A stretch of DNA of 55,641 bases from Eubacteriales bacterium (GTDB lineage: Bacteria; Bacillota; Clostridia; Oscillospirales; CAG-382). A model generated the notes under the pieces. It searched no databases. It had not been told where the DNA came from and was given only the letters and a program-made list of their open reading frames with translations. The stretch lies in assembly GCA_045651785.1 (NCBI GenBank), contig JAZRTE010000102.1, positions 1 to 55,641 of the forward strand, in the 5' to 3' direction. The position numbers and the translations under genes are program-made. Positions 1 through 8,400 of the stretch are shown here, piece by piece. Numbering within the stretch: the stretch's first letter is position 1; each line of letters opens with the position of its first letter.

Positions 1-408
1 AAGAAGCATGCGCGAAAACTAAAGAAGCTTTTAGAACAAACCGATGTAACGCTTTCGTTAAAGGGAAAATTCGGCAGAATACCGCCTAAGGTGTCGATAG
101 AGCCAACAGACGCTAACAGTATAAAATTCAGAGAATTTCTAACGAATAGATGGAAAAATGAACCTGATGCCTTATATATACGTAGAGCGTCGGAACTAAC
201 CGGTTTTGCTCGTCAGCGTTTGGGTGAACTCTGTAATAAAGAAAAAATCCAACACGTAAAAGTGGGGCGACGGTTTGTATTGGTTAAGATAAGCTTTATC
301 GAGTTTTGTTCTTCAAAAGAAATGTTATCAAAGATCCAAATCACTCCTGAGTTTCGAAGGCTTGCTCGTGATTTTTTGAAGAACATAAATGAAGAAAAGT
401 CAGATTAG
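1..408 (+). CDS. HTH DNA-binding protein (excisionase/MerR-like HTH_17 type), N-terminus cut by window edge
   Basis: Frame 1 is open from nt 1 through the tracked GTG (91) to TAG 406-408. Segment LYIRRASELTGFARQRLGELCNKEKIQHVKVGRRFVL resembles the short winged-HTH of excisionase-type mobile-element proteins. Context is AT-rich and next to a tRNA 3' end. Confidence 0.5.
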   Translation, partial: KKHARKLKKLLEQTDVTLSLKGKFGRIPPKVSIEPTDANSIKFREFLTNRWKNEPDALYIRRASELTGFARQRLGELCNKEKIQHVKVGRRFVLVKISFIEFCSSKEMLSKIQITPEFRRLARDFLKNINEEKSD

Positions 409-414
409 AGATAT

Positions 415-653
415 TGTTAGAATTGCAGTTTTTGTTAGAATTCAAATTCCGAAAAAGTCAGAGATTTCAAGGGTTTTCGCTGTTAGAACTTCCAAAGTAA
501 CGATATGTTTTTTGGTGATTGATCTATGACCGAATAAAGTGATTTTTTGAATTAGGTAAAATTCTAATAGATTTGATAGCATTACTAAATTAAAACACCC
601 GAAATCGCTTGCACCGCAAGGAGTTTCAAATGTGCAGTTCTAATTTTAGAATT
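415..653. repeat. Array of TGTTAGAAYT motifs (3 direct copies plus inverted copies, including a TTCTAA-TT-TTAGAA palindrome)
   Basis: TGTTAGAATT at 415-424 and 433-442; TGTTAGAACT at 481-490; inverse ATTCTAA at 561-567; palindromic TTCTAATTTTAGAATT at 638-653. Confidence 0.7.
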
Positions 654-685
654 GATATTTTATGTGTCAAAAAACTATCGTTTAC

Positions 686-737
686 GACCAAAACAAAAAG
701 AGAAAACCCTTGAAAACGTAGTGTTTTCAAGGGTTTT
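686..737 (-). terminator. Rho-independent terminator directly after the tRNA-Ser 3' end
   Basis: 15-bp stem AAAACCCTTGAAAAC (703-717) / GTTTTCAAGGGTTTT (723-737), followed on the minus strand by TTTTCTCTTTTTGTTT. Confidence 0.7.
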
Positions 738-828
738 TGGCGCAGAGGGGGGGATTCGGACCCTCGTGTGGTTTAACCCACAAACTGATTTCGAGTCAGC
801 CCCGTTATGACCGCTTCGATACCTCTGC
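738..828 (-). tRNA. tRNA-Ser (anticodon CGA), type II with long variable arm, encoded CCA
   Basis: Hand fold of the 91-nt minus-strand sequence: acceptor GCAGAGG/CCTCTGC, discriminator G, CCA. D-arm TCG..AGCGGTCATAA..CGG. Anticodon stem GCTGA/TCAGT with loop CTCGAAA. Variable arm GTGG-GTTAAA-CCAC. T-arm GAGGG-TCCGAAT-CCCCC, which has an A.C mismatch and C at position 55. Confidence 0.85.
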
Positions 829-884
829 ATAGTTTATATTATATTGGATTGTTATCTTTATTATGTTTCGTTACGCGGGTCTAC

Positions 885-1018
885 GCCCCGTTATGTCCGG
901 TTTGCGGTGCCCGAAATTCTTCGCTCGCTAAACGCTTCGCATAATTTCTACCGCTGCACGAACTCGTCCTCGCTTCTTCACCCACCGGGTGCGCGCGGCC
1001 TCGTTCCCGCTTCGATAC
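885..1018. repeat. Two short copies of the tRNA-Ser D-arm region, split by 111 nt, upstream of the tRNA 5' end
   Basis: GCCCCGTTATG (885-895) equals tRNA gene 799-809. CCGCTTCGATAC (1007-1018) equals tRNA gene 811-822. In the tRNA these two blocks are contiguous. Confidence 0.6.
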
Positions 1019-1133
1019 ATACTTCGCAACGCTCACAAACGTCGCGAGGCATATTATATCACGAAAAAAATTCTTTTGCAACACTTTTTTGAAAATAGTT
1101 TAATTTTTTCTCTTTACCCTTGTCGAAATTTGC

Positions 1134-1162
1134 TTGACTTAAATTTTTTAATATGCTACACT
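1134..1162 (+). promoter_or_regulatory. Sigma-70-like promoter, TTGACT-17-TACACT with TGn
   Basis: TTGACT 1134-1139, 17-nt AT-rich spacer, TGcTACACT ending at 1162; 83 nt upstream of the ATG at 1245. Confidence 0.5.
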
Positions 1163-1244
1163 AATATTAATATAGTATTTTTAATATCTTATTAACAGCT
1201 TTCCGCGCGAAATACTCCTCATTTAAATTTTCGGGGTGACGGTT

Positions 1245-1547
1245 ATGTCGATAAAGCTTCAGCGTGTGATAAGATTTATACCGGGTATCAACCTGGTTTG
1301 TTTTGTTGCGTGGATAATTTCGGGCGTCAAAAAAAAGATGAGGGCGGTTTATTATATCAGGACCGTCGTTTTAATGCTTGCCTTGATGTTTTTTGCGCTG
1401 ATGATCGCGCGCGGTCTTACCACCTTTTCGGCAAATATGATTTTTAAAGCCGTGCTTTCTTACATAGGCATCGTGCTTTACACCTATATTTTCGCCTTTA
1501 TTTCGGTAAGCGAGCAGGAAAAGTTAAAAGAAGAAATACAATCTTAA
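1245..1547 (+). CDS. Small hypothetical membrane protein (about 3 TM segments)
   Basis: ORF 1236-1547. ATG 1245 is preferred because it follows GGGGTGA at a suitable RBS distance. Hydrophobic stretches INLVCFVAWIISG, VVLMLALMFFALMIA and IGIVLYTYIFAFI. AT-rich codon usage. Confidence 0.55.
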   Translation: MSIKLQRVIRFIPGINLVCFVAWIISGVKKKMRAVYYIRTVVLMLALMFFALMIARGLTTFSANMIFKAVLSYIGIVLYTYIFAFISVSEQEKLKEEIQS

Positions 1548-1582
1548 AACGAGTCTTACGAATCGGAGCTAAAAGCAGACGA

Positions 1583-2320
1583 ATGCAAGAATATAAATAC
1601 CAGCACCATACAATCATATTATGGAAAAAGCCGTTGTCGGAAGAAACGCAATTTTCGGAAATCGTTCAAAACACTGTCGACACTCTATCGATTTTTTATG
1701 ATCTGCCCGAACAATACAGGCCTAATTTTTATACAAGCAATAGAAAATCGTCGGCAAAACCGTTCGTTTTGAGCTGTGATGAAATTGCTTCTTATCTGCA
1801 ACGCAATGTGTTGAAGGTGAATTATAAAGAATGTCCCGAATTAGGCGTTAATTTTGCTTTGTTTTCTTCTATGGATGACCATTCTGCGTTTGGCTACGGT
1901 ATGAGAGTCGGCGTAAAGGATGCTAAATATAACAACGTGAATGTCCTTATTGTTAATATCGCACTTGATTACAAAATGTATGATGAGGAATCGGCAAGAT
2001 TAATCGAAACGCTTTTTGAAAAAAGTGTTTCGGTCTTCAAACCGTTTTGGGGCGCTATTGTCAATAATTGCGCTTATAACGACAATGAGCCATATATGGT
2101 TAATGGGTTACCTACAAACGTACATTGGATGAATTATTGGTCTGACGATATAATAGATAGAATTGGTTTAAGAAAAATAAAAAAGGCAAAAAAGAAATTC
2201 GAACAGTTTGATTTTGAAAACGGAATAATCAAATTGCAAAACTTGCCGATAAACGCGAACAACGTACACAAACTTGAACATCAAGCCGAAATCGAAAAAT
2301 TACTGTTGCCGTTGGAATGA
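1583..2320 (+). CDS. Hypothetical protein, Imm52-like (polymorphic-toxin immunity protein family) by motif pattern
   Basis: 245-aa ORF. The pattern PELGVNFALFS...FGYGMRVGV...NVNVLIVNIAL ... FKPFWGAIVNN ... VHWMNYWSDDII matches my recollection of the Imm52 layout. No search was run. AT-rich. Confidence 0.45.
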   Translation: MQEYKYQHHTIILWKKPLSEETQFSEIVQNTVDTLSIFYDLPEQYRPNFYTSNRKSSAKPFVLSCDEIASYLQRNVLKVNYKECPELGVNFALFSSMDDHSAFGYGMRVGVKDAKYNNVNVLIVNIALDYKMYDEESARLIETLFEKSVSVFKPFWGAIVNNCAYNDNEPYMVNGLPTNVHWMNYWSDDIIDRIGLRKIKKAKKKFEQFDFENGIIKLQNLPINANNVHKLEHQAEIEKLLLPLE

Positions 2321-2387
2321 ATAACCGTCGCAAAGCGCGATTCTTTTTTGCGGCCGTTTATTTTCCAAAACAGCTTTATAATGCAAA

Positions 2388-2428
2388 GGACTACCGCGCC
2401 TAAATCGGTCGGTAGCCCTTGTTTTTTT
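2388..2428 (+). terminator. Putative terminator after the Imm52-like gene
   Basis: GGACTACCG (2388-2396) / CGGTAGCCC (2410-2418) stem with one mismatch and a 13-nt loop, followed by TTGTTTTTTT. It overlaps the stop of the convergent giant gene. Confidence 0.45.
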
Positions 2429-5400
2429 ATTCCTTTATCGGCAGGCGGATGAAATACTCGCCGTCTTGGAGCCTTAACGGGAAGGATACTTCTTCGCCGT
2501 TTACGGTGGCAATTGCCGTATCGCGCGAGGCGGTTATATGCAAATTTGCATTACCAAGCGTTATTTCGGCTTTAAACGCGATCAACGGCGAAGCGGACAG
2601 CAGCGTTTGGTCTGCGCCGAATTTCAAGCCGAGTATATGCTCGAGCATAATGCGGTAAAACCACGATGCCGCGCCCGTGTACCAGCTCCAACCGCCTCTG
2701 CCCGAATGGTCGCCCGAATAGATATCCGCGGCGATGGCATAGGGCTCGGTCTTATATCGGTGCGCAAGTTCTTTATCGGCACAACGCGTTGCGGGGTTAG
2801 CGCATTCAAACACGGTCAACGCCTCCTCGGTCATACCGACGGCAAGAAATCCGAGAGCTCCCCAAAGCGCACCGTGGGTATATTGACCGCCGTTTTCACG
2901 TATGCCCGCAACGTATCCGCGGATATAGCCGACACGCGCCTTGCCGTTTACAAACGGAGGCGAAAACAGCTTAAATATCTTGTTTTTGCTATCAAAAAGC
3001 TTTGAAAATGCGGTCTGCAGAGCAATTTTTGTCCGTTCTCTGTTAAGCCCTGCCAATGCGGCAAACGCTTGGGAAAGGATGTCGATCTCGCACTCCTTAC
3101 AGCCCTCGATGCCCAAAATTTTGCCGTCGTCACAAAATGCGCGCGCATACCTGTCACCGAAGAACGCGTTTTCTTCGACGGCTCGGCGAAGCGATTTTAC
3201 CGTTTCGCGGTAATGGTTTGCGGTTTCGGTATCACCGCGTGATTCGGCTATGGGAATAAACTTTTCGGCAACGATGATGAAAAGCAGGGTTGAAAAAACG
3301 CTTTCGCCTATTCCCTTTTCGCCGACGAGCGAAAACGCATCGTTCCAATCGCACGAGCCCATAAGGATAAGTCCGTGCTTGCCCGTCTGCTCGGCGCGCG
3401 CAAGAGCGCGCAGGCAATGCAGATAAACGCTTTCCTTAACGTCCGAACGTGTCGGAAGCTCATAGCGTTCGTTCTTACTGCCCAAGGGCGGCGAGGAAAG
3501 ATATTTCACTCCGATATCGAGCGTTTTTAAATCGCCCGTCTTTTCGATATAATCGGCAACCACAAGAGGGAGATAAAGCAGATCGTCCGAGCATTTGCTT
3601 CTTACCCCGTTGTTCACGCGGTTTATATGCCGTGTGTGCCACCAATGCATAACGTCACCCTCGAGATACTGATGCGCACAGCAACGGAAAATGTGGGTGC
3701 GCACCAAATTCGGGTTGGAATATATCAACGTCAGACAGTCCTGAAGCTGGTCGCGGAAGCCGTAAGCTCCGCCGCTTTGGTAAAACGAGCCGCGCGCGTA
3801 CATTCGGCAAGCCGCAACCTGATAGGGTAAAAAGAAGTTCATCAACGCGTCGGTCGCCGCACTGCGCGTTGATACTTTTATTTTGGGAATCAATGATTCG
3901 GCAAACGAGATCGCACTTTCAAGCGAGCGATCGAAGAACTTGCGGTTGAGCACCGAAATTATCCTCTTCGCGCCCGATTCGCTTGTTGTTGCACCGAGGA
4001 AAAAGAGCGCATCGCCCGAATTACAGGAAAGCGTTTTTTCCTCAAGCTTCAATTCGCCGCCGCAAGCACCGGCAAAGCCGACTCCCTCTGGGAAGGTCAT
4101 TCCGAACGTATTTCGGAAAAGCATCGCCGAATTATTTCCCGCGGAAAAACGCATAAACGAAATGCTTCTCGCCCGTCCGACCGAATCGCCCATTACCGGT
4201 TCGACAACGAAGCGTGTTTCGGCAACGACACCCTTGGAATACTGTACGCGGATGAGCTTCACCGGAAATTTCCGGTCTATGCATACCGTAACGGTATAAG
4301 CGATCCCGTCAACATCTCCGAAATAAACAGCCTTTCCCTTTTCATAGACTACCCTTGACGAAACGGCGCAAAGGTCATACTCCTTGCCGTTTGACAGCAT
4401 AAAAACCCTTTCGCCGTTATCGAGCGAACGCGGATCACCGTAAAACGAGCAAATTCTGCGTTCACGCGCATTATCGTAAAAGGTATATCCGAGCGATGAT
4501 TGAGTCACTACGGTCGAGAAGCGCTTTCCCGTCAAAACGAAGGAATAAGGGGCTTTCGGCATAACGCTTTTATCGACGGTATAGGAATCGTTCAAAAAGA
4601 ATCCGTTCCCCGAAATTATTGCATTTGCGGGAGGTATAAGTCCCGTTGCGTTTTGCGGCAGGATCACAGCTCGGCAGGGCTCTCGTCGGATGACACGACA
4701 TTCCTTTGACGTCGGTCGGGAAAGATCATAATAAAAACTCGCGTGCGACACGAGCGCGCTTGCAAGCTTATCGCTCAAAGCATCCCTGCGAAGTATAAAA
4801 ATGCCGCCGTTCCTGCCGGTATACTGCAAGGCGTTTGCCCTCTCGCACGATTCATAGACCGACCGCTCGACAGGTCGGTTATATCCGTCGGATTCCGAAA
4901 CGATAAATATCAGCTCACACCTTATCATCGCACGGGCGAGCGACAGAAACGCATCGATAATCGAGGTGACGCGTTTTTTTGCGATTTCGGAAATACATAC
5001 CACCGCGAGCGGATAATCGCCCGAAATGCTTTTTCCCCAAAGGTCGGAAATACCGACACCGTGAAACGCTTCGTCTATACTCTCGCCCTTGTTGTAAAGC
5101 AAGGCTGTCAAAAGCTCGGCTTGCATTCCGCATTGCGGCTTTAACGGTGCAAAGCTCCTGTCCGCCCGTGCACGAGCGATATTACGCTCACATTCGCGCG
5201 CGGTCTGACCGCAGGTGATCAAAAACGTCGCTTTTCCGCCGTCGGCATCGGTGCATCTCGCAAGACAAAGCGGATCGATACATGCGCCTACCTTATTATC
5301 GGTCGGAACGCTTGCATAATCAAGCGGCGAAGCGACTGACGAAGAGCTTAACGACTCGCGGCTTGTGAGAAACGAAAAGCTGTCCGTTTTATCGCGCGGT

Positions 5401-8400
5401 GCAACGGCAAGCGTGAAAATATGCTGTCCGTCAAGCCCGCTTCGGCGGTGAAAATAAAGGATGCGCTTTTGAGCGTCGTATTCGCTTTCGATAAAAAGTC
5501 GGGAAAAGGAAATATGCGATAAAAACCTTTTTTCGGTTTCAAGCACCGGCTCGAAAGAAAGCGTTACGTCATAATGCTTCAGTGCCTCGGCACGTGTGCT
5601 TATTATCAGACATCCGCAATTTTCCGCCATTGCATATTGCACTCTGCCCGAAAAATCCTTGCCCGATGCGATATGAGAAACCGAATCGCCGTTTATTTCA
5701 AAGCCCTTCCCCTCGGGGCTGTAAAGCGGTACGCACCCGAACGCTTCACCGAAGCGCGAAAAGGTCACACCCAAGGAAAAGCGCAGGGATTCGGGGTCGA
5801 AAACGGTATTGGTGATCGCACGCTCACCGCAATTGACGGCAATATGACCGCTTGAGGTGACGATCGCCGACATATCCCCCTTTGTCATAAGAACCGAGGT
5901 CGGGTTTTGCAGGTCGGGGGACGACGAAACTCTTTTGATCACCGATAAAATGCGCTTTGGTTCGTTTTCGCGGCGCGTTCCGTCCTCAAAGACGTGTGCG
6001 TCGGTCGGTATCTTTTCCTGCAAAAGCTCGCAGGCAGATGCCATTTTGACGTCGGAAATAAACCGCCGTACGAAAATATTGTCAAGCACCGCATTCGTTA
6101 CCGCGATAACGCTCATTCCGACGTGGTGTGCCATATAGCTTTTAACGCAAATACCGTTTTGATCCATATTAAGATCGAGTGCCTCATAAAGCCCGTATTT
6201 ACCGTACATTCCGCATTTTTCAAGCTCGTGCAGATTTTTTATCGCACCCGTCGGACAGATGCAGAGCGAAAGATAGGTCGAATAGGGCGAGATCGTTTTT
6301 TCGTTAGCTCCGATACGTCGGAGCGCGAGCGACTGAATGCCGTTTGCCTTGTACTGATAACGCATTTCGCTGTCGAACGAATAAAAGCCGCTTTCGCTTA
6401 CTCCCCAGGGCTTATTTTCTCCGCGCTGTACCGCAAGCGCAAAGGCGAGCGATTCATACATAAACGAATCACGGTAAAGAGGCAAAAAGAGGTGCGGCAT
6501 AAAATATTCAAACGCCGTTCCTGACCAGCTCATCATACCGATATAGCCCGACCTGTGCGTTAGAGTGCGCCCGAGCGATTGCCAATGCTTTTTCGGAACC
6601 GATGAGCTTGCAACGATATAATATGCTGTCATTCTCGCCTCGCTCATAAGCATATCGTAAAAGCTTGTGTCCCTTTGTCCGTCACCCCTTATGCCGATGC
6701 AAAACAGTGCGCGGCGATTATCGTAAAAGACGGTCAAATCGGTTTCGTTGATTAATTTTTCGACACGCGCGATTATCGAATTTACCCTCTCGCATTCCCG
6801 TGAATATTCACGCAAGCCCTCCTTGAGCGCAACGAGCATAACGACAAAATTGCCGCTGTCGACCGAGGAGGTATAGCGGTCGCCGATAACCGACAAATCG
6901 GTCAAGGAATACCAATTGTAAAGATTTCCCTTGAATTTTTCCATTTTTTCAATAGAATCGAGTGAGCCCTCGAGTCGGTCGCAAAGCTCCTTTGCGGCGA
7001 TGATTTCCAAATCGCGCGCCGCAAGAAGCGAAACGAGATAAAAGCCGATATTTGTCGGTGACGTTCGCAAGGCGATATCGCTTACCGGCGAAAGCTGGAC
7101 GTTATCGGGCGGAAGATGGTTTGTGCGCTCGGTCACGTTATCGTAATAAAAACCGAACATATCCTTTACGTGGGATATAAGAGTCTCCTTTTGCTGCCTT
7201 GTGAAATTCGGCATCACCATATTTCCGCCGCCGATATTGCGCGAAAGTATTACCGAAACAAGCGGATAAACGAAATAACAAAGCCCAAGAAGCTTTATAA
7301 ACGGAGGTCTTGCGAAGATCAAAATCAGCAAGCCGAATATCACCGACGTGATACCGTCCAGCACGTATTTACCAAGCGTCGACGAAAGAAGCTCGGTTTG
7401 TGCGGCGGTCGTCCACTCAAGCGTTTTTTTGCGGGTGCAAAGCCGTATTGCCGCCAGAACGAGCGCGTCGAGTGCCAATATTGCCCGACGGCAGGACGAG
7501 GATATTTCAAAAAACACCCGAAATGCGTTTTGGGTGATATCGGAGCATGCCTTTGAAAAGAATCTCACACAGGCAAACGGTGTGCCCGAAAAGAAAAATA
7601 CGATACCGTTGACCGCGAAGGGCAGCAAAAATTCGGAATAGGCGAACAAAAGCACGAAAAGTCCGTTTGTGCTCCTTGAAAAGCAATTAGCAAGCACCGC
7701 CGCAAAGCTGAAAAGCGGCGAAAGATGGCGCAATGCGACCGCAAGCAAGCCGAATTTCGACAGAGCATCGAACCTTTTCCCCATTAAAAAAACAAGGTTT
7801 TGGAAATCTCCGCGCATCCAACGGTGGTGCCGTCTGAAATAGGAAACGGGGTTTGCGGGAGTGGAATCGGTTAAGGTTATATCGGTTGCGGCGAGCGTTC
7901 GCATAATATTTCCTTCAAGCACGTCGTGGCTCAAAATAAGCCCCTTCGGAAGCTTATCGCATATCAGCGAGCCGAAAAGCTCAACGTCGATAAGCCCCTT
8001 TCCGCAAAAATTACCGACACCGAAAAGCGACTGCCGACGCGAAAACGAAGCGCCCGAATAGATATCCGCACCGCCCGAGCCCGAAATAAGACGGGAAAAT
8101 GCGGTTTTATAGGCGCTTTTCAGCTCGGTGCGAACGCTCGGCTGAATTATCCCGTAGCCCGAAACGACCCTTCCTTCAACAACGCGCGGTCGGTTTATAG
8201 GATGAAGTGCGACCGACAGAAGCTCTTTAACGCTTCCGACCGAAAGATTGGTGTCCGAATCGAGCGTTATCATATATTTTATATCGCGTATAAAATCACC
8301 GCCGCGATATTCACGTTTGCCGCCGTTCACGATATGACTGACAAGCTCGCAAACCGCACCGCGCTTCCTTTCCCAGCCGCCGTAGGTCGATTCGCTTTCG

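Noticed and set aside
840-1060. Possible SRP RNA, 6S RNA or riboswitch next to tRNA-Ser
   Set aside because: I could not find the conserved SRP domain IV motif (GGAAGCAGC-type with GNRA loop), RNase P or tmRNA motifs, a T-box, or common riboswitch cores on either strand. This is kept only as an open question under the tRNA finding.
844-1195. Small ORFs 844-1092 (+), 881-1084 (-) and 989-1195 (+) beside the tRNA
   Set aside because: They have no RBS and odd composition. They overlap each other and the tRNA-fragment and promoter region, so I treat the stretch as non-coding.
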